Of a stretch of 64,000 nucleotides of DNA, positions 12,742 to 25,663 are shown one piece after another (the first letter of the stretch is position 1; each line of letters starts with the position of its first letter). The notes below the pieces were generated by a model. The model worked only from the letters and a program-made list of their open reading frames with translations, had not been told where the DNA came from and ran no database searches. A program made the translations under genes and the position numbers. Source of the stretch: Octopus sinensis (taxonomy: Eukaryota); the NCBI RefSeq assembly GCF_006345805.1, contig NC_042997.1, forward strand, positions 52,576,001-52,640,000. The letters are read 5' to 3'.

Positions 12742-13320
12742 ATGTGGTAACATATAACAATATTGACCAAGGTTACCATGGTCTTTTTCGTAGGCTTTTC
12801 TTCCCATGGATAAACCTTAATTGCTTTCCCCTTTACACCATACATCATGACACTGTGATACACGATCCCTATTGACCGTTTTTTTTCCTCTTCCCCTTTT
12901 TTCCTCTTTTGTCTTCTTTTTTCATTTTTCTTTTCTTTTGGTCCTTTTCGCTTTTTTTTCCTTTTTTTTTTTTTTTTCTTTTTTTTGTTCTTTTTTCCCT
13001 TTTACGATCCCTTTTGATCGAAAACCTACGCCATCTTTTTTTTTTCTCCCCTAAAAGAAAAGCTCTACCTTGTAACTTGTCCCATCTGTGTGCAGCCCTG
13101 TGTGGCCAATAAAGAAACTTATCTATCTATATGTGTGTATGTATATGTGTGTGTGCGTAGGTGTGTGTCTTTGTGTTGGTTTGTCCCCCACCACTGCTTG
13201 ACAAACATTGTTACTGTATTTACGTCCCCGTAACTTAGCGGTTTAGCAAAGGACACCCATATGATAAATTCTTCAAGGCGGTGCTCCAGCATGACCACGT
13301 TCTAATGACTGAAACTAGTA

Positions 13321-13364
<44 letters not shown>

Positions 13365-13726
13365 CAAAGAAATTTGTCAATAGTTTTCTCTACATCTTTT
13401 CTTCTCAAGCATTCGTGCATATGACGACGATACTAACAACGGCAGGTCAATATATTTAAATTAATTAAATGCATACGAATACATACAGAAGAAAACATAG
13501 ACGTGCACACACAGATACACACATACACATATATGTACGTGTACGTATGTGTGTGTGTGTATATATATCTGTATGCATATATGTATGTATATAATGAAAT
13601 ACACGCATATATACACTATTACATACATACTTAATACATGTGCGTGTGTTTAAGTGTGTGTATGTGTATATACATATATATATATGACGATACAATATAT
13701 ATATGTATGTATGTATATATATATAC

Positions 13727-13766
<40 letters not shown>

Positions 13767-13785
13767 GACAGCATATGTGCGTGTG

Positions 13786-13828
<43 letters not shown>

Positions 13829-14398
13829 AACCTCACACAGGTTTAATCATACAAAAGCGCATCTATACACTACATCTGTAGATTTACATTATCGTTACAT
13901 CCTACGGCATTTCGTATGCGGTTAGAGTACGGGGCGGAGGGATATATTCATTTTAGCAATTTTCCCTCAGACCATACGCGTAACACCTGCAGTAGACCTC
14001 CCGTTGTTGACGAAAAACATGTGTCAAGGAAAAAGAAAAAGAAAAACCATAAAAACAAAAACAAAAATAGCGTACTGATCTGTGCAAAGCCACCAAGCAA
14101 ATACTATCAATTACTTAGGGCGTGATTTAACCCTTTTGAAGGCAATATTTCGGCTTTAGTACAAGGTACAAGCGTTGTAGTGAACAAGTCAAAACAGCGA
14201 ACGCGTACGTTAAGTTCTATCAGTTGTTCCGCGAATACATTTTCGTGATATGTAAAGAAGCTCAAAGTGAAATTCAGAAGAAAATCATGGGAAAAGGAGA
14301 TGAAAGACCTAGAAATATTTTAATACATCCGTTATATGCAACTGAAACAGGATTAGATAAAAATTAAGTATGAGATAGATGTTTTCAAAATGTGTGTT

Positions 14399-14455
<57 letters not shown>

Positions 14456-14486
14456 ATATATATATATACACAGATATATATATATA

Positions 14487-14595
14487 CTTTATTTAAAAGC
14501 AGCAGAAATATAACAAAAGCTGTTACTCAGAGTTTCACGTTTTCGTTCGTCGGACAAAACTGCTTTTGTTATATTTCTGCTGCTTTTAAATAAAG
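14487..14595 (-). ncRNA. Hammerhead-like motif at the apex of a perfect 34-bp hairpin
   Basis: Arms 14487-14520 and 14562-14595 are exact reverse complements. The loop on the minus strand reads TGT CCGACGA ACG aaaa CGT GAAAC TCTGA GTA ACA. Confidence 0.7.
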
Positions 14596-14794
14596 CATAT
14601 TACTCTACCTCTGGTATTTGAGTACTCATTTTTCCACCTTGATTCACATTTATTTGCTTACTCCGGTATGTGTGTGTGCGTGTGTACACACACACGCACA
14701 CACGGGTGAGCACATAAGCGCAAAACAAGGTGGTGAAAACAGTACTCGAATACCAAAGGTTGAGTAATATACTTTTTATTATAGCTGCAAAATG

Positions 14795-14848
14795 ATCACA
14801 GAACTGTTACTCAGAGTTTCACGTTCTTGTTCGTCGAACAGTTGTGAT
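14795..14848 (-). ncRNA. Second, diverged copy of the same hammerhead-like motif
   Basis: ATCACA ACTGT TCGACGA ACA agaa CGT GAAAC TCTGA GTA ACAGT tc TGTGAT. Stem I has a different sequence but still pairs. Confidence 0.6.
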
Positions 14849-15099
14849 GAAAATATTAATTCAGTATTTGTAGAGTTCGAAACCTAGGTACTAGATTATC
14901 CGATTCTGGGTTGTCCATTTATCTAATGTTCTTCCTAGAGGTAAGACGAAATTTTTTAAGTTCGCTGCTCTCACACGTATTTTCACAGTGAAGCTTTTAC
15001 TATAGCATCGTAAATTTATCGACTGCTATTTCCTGTAAAGAATCGGTGCCTTGTTGTACAACTACTCTCTCTCTCTCTCTTTATATATATATATATATG

Positions 15100-15388
15100 G
15101 CAAAGTCGACCGCGGCGGAATTTGCACTCAGAACATAAAGACAGACAAAATACCCATTTCTTTACTACCCACAAGGTGCTAAACACAGAGGGGTCAAACA
15201 AGGACAGACAAACGGATTAAGTCGATTAGATCGACCCCAGTGCGTAACTGGTACTTATTTAATCGACCCCGAAAAGATGAAAGGCAAAGTCGACCTCGGC
15301 GGAATTTGACCTCAGAACGTAACGGCAAACGAAATACGGCTACGCATTTCGCCCGGCGTGCTAACGTTTCTGCCAGCTCGCCGCCTTC
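15100..15388 (-). mobile_element. SINE family B, head + unit + partial second unit
   Basis: Head GGCGGCGAGCTGGCAGAAACGTTAGCACGCCGGGCGAAATGC on the minus strand. The body restarts after AAAGAAATGGGTATTTT. Confidence 0.85.
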
Positions 15389-15612
15389 AAGATGGGAGAA
15401 ATATTAAAAGATGTATGAACTAGAAGTAGATAAGATAAACGAAATAACAGGAAAGAAAACCATTGGGCTTGTTATACACATACATACAAATTCACAGGTA
15501 CACAAAAAGGTAAGGCTTGAATAAGAACGAAGTTCATCCTAAATGTCGCGGCTTAAAAATATAAGAAAATATTGGAGGTACTGTGGAAAACCGAATCAAA
15601 AATAAACAACAT

Positions 15613-15732
15613 GAAACACTTGGTATGTGTTAATTAGAAAATAATCTTTACTGTCTGATACGAATGGGTAAAAGAGATGTTTAACTTCAGATTCTTAGTT
15701 TTCTCTTATCGATATAATTCATTGGAAAAGTT
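15613..15732 (-). repeat. 120-bp segment, inverted partner of 11693-11812
   Basis: See 11693-11812. Confidence 0.9.
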
Positions 15733-16306
15733 CAGTGACATATACTAACTTCTCTTATATTCTGACTACTGATTTGGCTTTGAAGAATAACGTTCCCAGT
15801 TGCCGTAATGCCAACTAGCTGCGATAAACGTGGACTTTTTTGGAAATAAGATATGTTTGTCTATTTTGAGATCGTCTGAGATTTTTTATTATCCAGACGG
15901 CTATCTTTACAGTTTTGGGGGGCAATACTGTAAATTTCGTAGCACGTAGGTATGATTTGTAAATTTTTGTTTAAGAGATATAGACTTTAGATTTATTTCA
16001 ATAAAGAAAAACGATCTCTGTTTTATGAATTTAATTCATAAAAAGATAATTTGGCATTAATAAATATCCTTATTAATTTCATAATTTTTTTTCGAGGAAA
16101 CTCGACCATCTAATATTTATGTATTTTCAGTCTTGCAAGATTTTGATAATACCAAAGAAAAACCTTACAAACAATTTAATTTTGAGGTTTATTCTTTTAT
16201 TTAGTTCGGCCAGGAGACTGCGGTCATGCTGGGATATCGCCTTAAAGGATTTTAGACGAATACATAGGCCCCAATGCCTATTCTTTTGCCGAATAGCTAA
16301 GTTAGA

Positions 16307-16344
<38 letters not shown>

Positions 16345-18040
16345 TACATATATGGCGAGGTTCCACACACTTTCCGTCTACCAACTTTACTCACAATACA
16401 TTGGTTGTCTAGGGTCTATAATACAAGGCAATTGCCTAAGTTTGGGGACTGAACCCCAAACCATGTAGTTACAACATGAACTTCTTAACCACACAGCAAT
16501 GCATGCGCTTGTAAGGTATAAAAACTAAACATCTTATAATAAGCTTATCTTAAAACAATCTTAGATTTCTAGTCATAAAAAAACATACTTGTTCTTTTTT
16601 TTCTTTCGTACTTTTACCTTTCATTCATTTATTTTGCTCACTATTTCTTTTATAATTTTTTTTATTGTTTTCTGTTATCTGTTTATAATCTCTCATTTTT
16701 TAAATTTCTTTTCCCCCACCCGCTGCCATATGTCAAGCGTGCATTGCCTACAGGGAAGTAATTATGAATGATGGAAGGATTACACCTTTTACAACACGGA
16801 AAAAAAAACAAAAACAGCAACAACAAAACAAAACAACAAAAACAAATTTATGAAACCTGCAATAGCAACAGGTGTAGAATTCCTGTTAATAATACTATCA
16901 CTGTTCCAAAATCTTTTCTGATATTGTATAAGTTGTCGTTGAGGCTGTTATTGTTGTTTTTGTTATTTTTCTTTGAATTGTTATCTTTTTCTAAATCATG
17001 TCCTTTGTGAACTGAACTTCAACTTTAAAATTATTCAGCGAATGAACGACCATTTAGGTCATTAACATTGAAATTCCAGCATACCCAATACCATCTAACT
17101 CCCTGACATCGCTTTCGTGATGTGCTTACTAAATACGCTTTCCAGACGATCATTAATTGTCTCTTGAGCTAACACACGAATCTCCCTCTGACAGCCCAAA
17201 ACAAATTAACCTAGTGTCCATAAGATTTTTTTTTCTTCAGAAATGACATTGAAATGACAAGTAATCGATATATTCCTCATCTCTATCTTCTTCCTCATGT
17301 CATTAGTCCAACGAAGACATTTTTGTTTTACTATATAAAACAACAGTGTTCATTAAAGAAAGATATTAGAAAATGAAAGAAGAACGATGTAGATTGTTTG
17401 ATGCCGTTCTCTTCTGATGAAGTGCCTTTGTGCCTGAAATATATAAATATGACTTAACTTTCCCTTTTCACATTATTTGAAACTCCCCATCTTCATTATT
17501 ATAAAATATTTAAAAGTATTTATAAGCGAATTCGTTTAGAAGCGGCTTTTCGAAAATATGGTAAGCTTAAGAAAATTGTTCTAATAAACATGGTTAAATT
17601 GTCTTAATCGCATTGTCATTATATTTTTAAAGTCTACTCCACTTTATTTCTATTGAGATGCATATACATCATATTATATTTTATGTCTGAACGGAATTTC
17701 AGAAATCTAAGTGTGTATGTGATGCGTGCACGTGTGTGTGTGAGGCGATGAAAATGTTTTCGAACACAGTGAAGCGGAATACGTGCTCAGCGCATGATCT
17801 ATAGGAATACCGCAAATTTTTGAAGCGAATCGGTAGATGCAAGGGTATTAAGAAAACCCAAGTGCTTTTCAATGCATCGCATCAAGTATTCCTTTGAAGC
17901 AAGTATAATGCATGAAGCCACATCTGTTTAAAAACAATTTTAGTATCCGATATACATACACGAATACATACATATGTGTGCGTGTTTATGTGTGTGTTTG
18001 TATGTGCGTGTGTATATATATATTATATATTATATATTAT

Positions 18041-18100
<60 letters not shown>

Positions 18101-18152
18101 TATATATATATATATATAAATGAAATGAATCTCCCTCTATATATGTATATAT

Positions 18153-18572
18153 AGGCGCGGGGTTGGTTTTGTGGTAAGTAGCTTGCTTAACAATCACATA
18201 GTTCCAGGTTCAGTCCCACTGCGTGGCACCTTAGCCAACTATCTTCTACTATAGCCTCGGACCGACCAAAGCCTTGTGAGTAGATTTGGTAGAAGGAAAC
18301 TGAAAGAAGCCCATCGTATATGTATGTATGTATGTATGTATGAGCGTGTATATGTTTGTGTGTTTGTGTTTGTCCACCCAACATCGCTTGACAACCGATG
18401 CTGGTGCGTTTACACCCCTGTAACTTAACGGTTTGCCAAAAGAGCCCGATTGAATAAGTACTAGCCTTACAAAGAATAAATCCTGGGGTTGTTTACACGA
18501 CTAAAGGTGGTGCTCCAGCATGGCCGCAGTCAAATGACTGAAACAAGTAAAAAAATAAAAGAATAAAAGAAT
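18153..18572 (+). mobile_element. SINE family A
   Basis: Full-length match to family A. Further copies or fragments at about 13140-13320, 16190-16510(-), 25330-25510, 27668-28050(-), 35195-35610, 44815-45365(-) and 51490-51680(-). Confidence 0.88.
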
Positions 18573-18641
18573 ACATATATAATGAATATAAATGTATAAA
18601 TACATACATATCTGCATATATGCATATATATGTATGTGTAT

Positions 18642-18732
<91 letters not shown>

Positions 18733-19133
18733 TAATATATATATATATATCGAGTTAAACGCAGGTGTTATTGAAATCTATTTACTTCCGACATATGTTT
18801 CGAAGAAAACATTGGTATTATTCCAGGAGAAGTAAAATTGTGTAAAACAATGCAATCTTCTCATCAGAGAAAGAAAGAAACCAAACACATCAATAAGAGA
18901 TATTTTAACAGAATGTAATTTTATTTATATACAGAATGCGTATTTATCTATATATCTTTATTATACAAAAACATTTTACGTAAACCTGGACTTTCTACCT
19001 TTATAAGTAGGCTGTTACATCCTTGGTACTTGTGTGAATCTTTGCTACCCTGGTAACTATCTATTTATTTTTCCGTGTTATTTTTAAACATTGAAAAACA
19101 CACATACATTTATATATATATATATACATATAC

Positions 19134-19181
<48 letters not shown>

Positions 19182-19226
19182 CACACATACATACATGCAT
19201 ACATACATACATACATACATACAATA

Positions 19227-19257
<31 letters not shown>

Positions 19258-19340
19258 CATACATATATACATACATAAAATGAAGATATATATACATGCA
19301 GGCATGTTTGCTTCTTAATCACATCGTTTCGGGTTGGATC

Positions 19341-20839
19341 TAGTTGGTTTGGCTGACAAAAAATTTATCGAAAATATTAAAATTTGGCACAATAATATAC
19401 TTTTCCAAACTGAATTGCTGGAGTTATGCCACTCTTTCCAGAAAAAGTTTTGAAAAAGTTATAGAGGTTTAAAGTTTGATCATTTTCACCCAGTCAGGAA
19501 ACAGGATTTGGAAGCTGTCATTCTGTGCGTGACTGCACATTTTGTCAACATCCTGAAAATAGCACGTGTTATCAAAATTTGTAAACATAACGTGTTTTGT
19601 AGTTTGAAGCATTCAATCTGGCAAAAACGTTAGCACGCCGGGCGAAATGCTCAGCGTTTTTCGTCTGCCGCTACGTTCTGAGTTCAAATTCCGCCGATCG
19701 ACTTTGCCTTTCACCCTTTCAGGGTTGATTAAATAAGTACTAGTTACGCACTGGGGTCGATATAATCGACTTAATCTGTTTGTCCTTGTTTGTCCTCTCT
19801 GTGTTTAGCCCCAAGTGGGTAGTAAAGAAATAGATATTTCGTCTGTCTTTACGTTCTGAGTTCAAATTCCGCCAAGGTTGATTTTGCCTTTCATCCTTTC
19901 AGGGTCGATAAATTAAGTACCAGTTGCGCATTGTGGTCGATCTAATCGACTGTCTCCTCCCCCAAAGTTTCTGGCTTTATGCCTAGAGTCGAAAAGAATA
20001 TGCACTTAATGCGATAGCACGAACTTAAAGGATTTATCCAAAAAGCGTTATTTAGCTAAAAAGCACACCTCACAACCACCTCAATGACAAAAAGTAACGA
20101 GAAAGCAAGTAGTTTTAAACATCCAATATGCATTTAATGCAAATACGATAAACAACACGTTACATGCAATAATCACATTATCATTTTCCCCACAAATAGT
20201 TTCAATACAGTTTTAACAGGAAGATATGGAAAAATTAGATGAAAGTTCTCTGGTAATTTTCTTTCATGTAAATAAATGTTTATGTTAATTTAAGAATTTG
20301 CGAGCAAAATCTTATAAAATAACAATATTCTAAAAGATGTACATGTTATATATGAAAATAAAAGAGTGAACAACATATGCTTTAAAAAACAAACATTTAT
20401 GCAATAAGCGACACATTACAAAGTATTTTTAAAATTTAAAATGAAAGTTAGAAATACTTTCAATCAATTTCTCAAACAAATCACAATTTACGTATCTCCT
20501 GCGCCACATAAATTCACAGAGATATCAATCTACCATACAACGGTGAGTGCCACAGCATCGTTTATTACGTCACTTCATATATTTGTCAACACGTGCTTTC
20601 ACGCTGACAAAAGAGTTCTCATGTTCCGTTTGTTACTATGGAAACAGGCATGAATGTGTCTGTGGCTTACGATTAGCTAAAATTACCAAAATTTTCAAAC
20701 TTTAATTGCTAATAACTCTTTATTTATAGATTTATAGTGAAAATGATCTTCACGCAATTCATTAGCCAATTAAAGTGTATTATTACACTGAATATAAAAT
20801 CAATTCGAAAAGAATTGATGCTGGCAGCCAAACCGACTA
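19341..20839. mobile_element. Non-autonomous TIR DNA transposon (possibly Academ-like) interrupting a SINE A copy
   Basis: TIRs TAGTTGGTTTGGCTGACA / TAGTCGGTTTGGCTGCCA (16/18). Flanks GATC / GTTC. The SINE A head lies at about 19298-19338 and its remainder resumes at about 20849. Confidence 0.55.
19620..20000 (+). mobile_element. SINE family B dimer nested in the TIR element
   Basis: Head + unit ending GTAGTAAAGAAATAGATATTTC + second unit with the alternative 3' end. Confidence 0.85.
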
Positions 20840-20966
20840 GTTCAGACGAGTTCAGTCCCACTGCGTGACACCTTGGGCATGTGTCCTCTAATATAGCCTC
20901 GGGCCGATGAAAGTTTGTGAATGGATTTGGTAGGTAGACACAGAAGAAAGCCTATCATATATATGT

Positions 20967-21014
<48 letters not shown>

Positions 21015-21376
21015 GCGTGTGTATGTGTGTGTGTACTTATGTGTGTGTGTCTGTGTGAGTGCGCGTGTTGCTGTGTTTACATTCCCGTAACCAATAGAAT
21101 AAGTACTTACCTTTAAAAAAAGTAATAGGATCGATTCGATCGACTAAGTTCTTGAAGGCAGTACCCCAGCATGGTCGCAGTGTAATGGCTGGAACAAGTA
21201 AAAGATACACACACTCATGTATAAATATGTGTATGTGCGTGTATGTGTGTAATGAACATTTTAAAGATGTGTATGTGTGTGCGTGTGTATGTATGTGTGT
21301 GTGTGTGTGTATTTATGTACTCACACATATATAAAGCTTTCTTTTTTATTCTCTCTCTGTTTATTTTCTCGTGTTT

Positions 21377-21412
21377 CTTTCTGTTGGAAAGCGTAGGCTC
21401 GAAACGTAAAGG
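21377..21412 (+). ncRNA. Hammerhead-like motif in a short Penelope-type tail fragment (about 21340-21482)
   Basis: CTTT CTGTTGG A AAGC gtag GCTC GAAAC GTA AAGG. Confidence 0.45.
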
Positions 21413-21547
21413 ACTTTCTCACCTTCCCGAGCGTTAAACTAATACACCTGTCTTCGTCTTTTGTTTTTTGTAAATTCCAACTACACACACACACGCATAC
21501 TTATATACATACACATATATATATACATACATACATACATACATACA

Positions 21548-21624
<77 letters not shown>

Positions 21625-21625
21625 G

Positions 21626-21665
<40 letters not shown>

Positions 21666-21683
21666 TATATATATATATATATA

Positions 21684-22913
21684 TAAGATTGTTTCACATG
21701 AATTGTCGCATTTTTAATTACTTTTTTCAATGATTTAAGAATACAATTATGTATACTTTGCATTTCATCTTGACTCTTTTTCCTTCCCAACAATATTGGT
21801 ATACAAAATTCGTACCCACAGACATTATGAAAATGATAACAACCAAACTATGTTGAGTGATTTTCTCTTATGAGTACAAACTGGGTCACTCTGCCGCAGA
21901 AGCTTTATGGAATATCAAACGGGCCTTTGGTAATGGTTTTATTGACATCAGAACTGTTCTGAGATGGTTCCAAGGCTCTCGTTCAGGAGATGATAGCCTT
22001 GAAAATAAACCAAGGGTTAAGCCAAAATCAGTTGTTCCGCATGATGGATTAAATGCTTTGGTTGAACAAAATCCGAGAATAAAAGTTCGAAAACTTTCAT
22101 CAGATCTCCAAGCATCTCGCACAACTGTTTTTGGATACCTGTAAAAAAAATTGGAAAAGTCAAGAAAACGAACAAGTTTGTTCTACATCAACTGAGTGAG
22201 ATTAATAATAATAAAAAAAAAGCAGTCGCCTGGAAAAAGATCATTTTTGCATCAAATCATTACTTGTGATGAGAAATGGTTACTGTTTGACAACAGCAGG
22301 AAAACAGGACAGGGATTAGATGTAGGAGAGTCATCTAAACACTGCCCAAACCCACCATTGCACCCTAGAAAGTTAGTGGTGACTGTATGGTAGTCTGCGA
22401 AGGGAGTTATTCATTATTCATTTTTGCAACAAGGAAAAACAGTAACAGCAACATCTATTGCCCGTAAATTGATTGTATGCATGAGAATTTGGAAAAGAAG
22501 CTACCTAGACTAGTGAATAAAGATGGCGCAATTTTGCTCCACGACAATGCACGTCCTCACACTCCTCAAGCTGCGGTCCAAAAGTTGCAAAGACTGAATT
22601 ATGGGATTTGCAACATTCCCCTTATTCCCCTTATATCTCACCTACTGATCATCATTTATTTAAGCATTTTGAGCTTTTCATAAGCAATAAAACATTCTTA
22701 AATAGAGAAGAGGTAATTGAAGCATTCGGACAGTTTATCACAACAAAAGATGAATTTTTTTGTTAAAGATGGAATATATGACATAGAGAAACGTTGGGTA
22801 AACGTCATAAATGAACATGGATCATACTTTGATTTCATAAATCATTTCTCTAAATCATTTGAAATATTTTATTGTTACCTTTCAAATACGACATTTCTTG
22901 TGAAACAACCTAA
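21684..22913 (+). mobile_element. Full-length mariner (DD34D-type) transposon, decayed
   Basis: 30-bp TIRs TAAGATTGTTTCACATGAATTGTCGCATTT / TTAGGTTGTTTCACAAGAAATGTCGTATTT, TA on both sides, 1230 bp long. Confidence 0.95.
21827..22840 (+). pseudogene. Mariner transposase pseudogene
   Basis: Across several frames: YEYKLGHSAAEA, VLRWF..RSGD.SLE, ITCDEKW, HPRKLVVTVW, LLHDNARPH, PYSPYISPTDHH, EHGSYFD. In-frame stops and frameshifts. Confidence 0.93.
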
Positions 22914-22915
22914 TA

Positions 22916-22916
22916 T

Positions 22917-22989
<73 letters not shown>
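22916..22989. repeat. (TAA)n array. Further segments at 23889-23909 and 24765-24845 flank the two LINE fragments
   Basis: Direct reading. Confidence 0.97.
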
Positions 22990-22990
22990 G

Positions 22991-23888
22991 GCCTCTGGCT
23001 TAAAATCTGAAACAGAGGGGTTTATCATAGCAGCTCAAGATCAATGCCTACCAACAAGAAACTACCAGGCCAACATATTAAAGATCAGAAGCAGTCCAAC
23101 GTGTCGTGTATGCAAGCAACAAAATGAAACCATTGACCATGTAGTCTCCAAGTGCAGTCTTCTAGCGCCTACAGAGTATCTCAACAGGCACGATAGAGCT
23201 GCACAATATATTCACTGGGTAATCTGTAAAAACCTGGATTTGCCCCATGAAAAAAACTGGTGGGAACACAAACCACCCCCAGTGCTTGAAAATGACCACA
23301 TCTCACTCCTCTGGAACTTCACCATTCAAACTGACAGGAAGATAGATGCAAATAGGCCAGACATCATATTGAAAGACTTCAAACAAAGAACATGCCTCCT
23401 CATTGATATGACTGTCCCAATCGATATAAACGTATCTGTCAAGACCTATCAAAAACTGAGCAAATATAAAGATCTTGAAATAGAAATCAGCAAAATGTGG
23501 AAGCTGAAGACTAAAACAATACCTGTTGTCATAGGTGCCCTGGGAATGATAGCAAAAGGGGCTGATAGCTACCTAACTCAGATACCAGGAAACCCAAAAA
23601 TGGCAGAAGTTCAAAAGATAGTGCTCATGGGAACTGCTCATATCCTACGCAAAATACTCTCTATGTAATATCAAGGTTTAAAACAAACATAATTTTCGGT
23701 TTAAAAAAAACAAAAAACAAAAAAAAACCCTTTTTTTTAGACATTCATTAGTACAACATCCCCACCCCCCAAATATATGGCACACTAGGCATAACAACAA
23801 CATGAACTTCCAACCCTGTTGTCTCTTGAGGTCTCTGGGTGAGACTTGGAGCCAACTTGTACAAATATGAAGCAAAAGTCAAACATAG
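22991..23888 (+). mobile_element. 5'-truncated R4/Dong-type non-LTR retrotransposon, copy 1
   Basis: Uninterrupted frame 22991-23668 (225 codons): SGLKSETEGFIIAAQDQ, CCHC knuckle CRVC..ETIDHVVSKC, RHD motif, RLE motif RPDI..LIDMTVP..K..KY. Followed by a 3' UTR ending in (TAA)n. Confidence 0.9.
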
Positions 23889-23909
23889 AATAATAATAAT
23901 AATAATAAT

Positions 23910-24764
23910 AAGCCCCTTCATGGTAAATACTAGACTAAACTAAACGCAAAAGAAATAGACAAAGAAAAATCCCAGCAATGGTTGAGAAGCTCAGGACTCA
24001 AAGCAGAAACAGAGGGATTTTTAATTGCAGCACAAGACCAAAGCCTCTCCACCAGAAATTACCAAAAACATGTAATGAAAAGAAATATTACAAGTAACTG
24101 CAGAATATGTGGAGATGGACAAGAAACAATAAATCATATTATCTCTAGCTGCCCAGTCCTGGCTAAGAAGGAATATATTCACAGACATGACAGAGTTGGA
24201 ACCTACATACATTGGAAGCTATGCCAACATTATGGAATAACAACAGAAAAAAGATGGTATAGGCACACACCAGAAAAGGTCACAGAAAACGAGAAAGCAA
24301 CCATACTCTGGGATATGCCGATACACACAGATAGAGAAATTAAGGCCAACAGACCAGATATAGTTGTCAGAGATCATGGAGAAAAAAAATGCTTTCTAAT
24401 TGATGTATCAATACCGGCAGATGACAACGTGTCTCTAAAAGAAATGGAGAAACTCTCAAAATACTAAGACCTGGAAATAGAGGTAACTAGAATGTGGAAT
24501 CTGAAAACAGAAACAATTCCTATCATAGTAGGTGCATTAGGCATGATAAAAAATATTCAGACAAATACATAACAAAAACACCAGGACTTACAAACACATA
24601 TAACATACAGAAAATTGCACTACTAGGCACTGCACACATCCTACGCAGAACACTTTCCATACAATAACCATCAGAGCATCACAACAAATCACAGCACATG
24701 CCCAAGGCACACAGAGCTGCGCTCGGTAGTGAAGTGAAAGCACGCTATAAAAATAAAACTACTG
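23910..24764 (+). mobile_element. 5'-truncated R4/Dong-type non-LTR retrotransposon, copy 2 (different family)
   Basis: KPLHGKY*..SGLKAETEGFLIAAQDQ, CRICG..ETINHIISSC, RHD, RPDIVV..LIDVSIP. Two stops and one frameshift. Frame ends at 24667. Distinct 3' UTR ending in (TAA)n. Confidence 0.9.
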
Positions 24765-24783
24765 AATAATGATAATAATAATA

Positions 24784-24830
<47 letters not shown>

Positions 24831-25629
24831 TAATAATAATGATAAAGGGTAAAATCATTAATAATTTTACCAGGTGGCCAGCGCGAAAATAAAAACCTCA
24901 TTTTACCAAATATTTTATAATTATATACATAATTATAACAAGGGATTGGCTTTACGCCTCTCACCACACACTAGAAATAAACGCCAAATGCCTTATTACC
25001 ACCTTAAAATCTCTGAGAATAACACACTACACTGTAGGTGAGCAAAAGAAAAATAATGAATCAACAACTTTTCGGGTCACCGCGTACAAGATCCTGTTTC
25101 AAGCTTAATGTAAAGAAATATTACCTACTGCTCTCATCAGCGACGGTATTCCATAGCATAAATTTACGAGTATCTCAAAATATGCATTTGAGCTGCGACG
25201 TCGCATAACCAATATACATCCACACTCGTAGAAATATTACTGCAAAGTAGAATTCACATCTTTCTTTTATGAAGGAAGTCTGTCATGTGTGTGTGTGTGT
25301 GCGAGTGTGTGTGAGTGAGCGCGCGCGTCTTTGTGTGTTTGTCCCCCATCCCCGCTTGACAACCGGCGTTGCTGTGTTTACATTCCCGTATCCTATAGAA
25401 TAAGTACCTAACTTTTTTTAAAAAAAGTAATGGGGTCGATTCTATTGACTAAAAGTTCTTGCAGGCAGTATCCCATCATAACCGCAGTGTAATGGCTGAA
25501 ACAAGTAAAAGATACACACGTACACACACACACGCACGCACACACGCAAATACACACACACACACGCACGCACACACACGCACACACACACACACACGCG
25601 CACACACACACACCACACACACACACACA

Positions 25630-25663
<34 letters not shown>

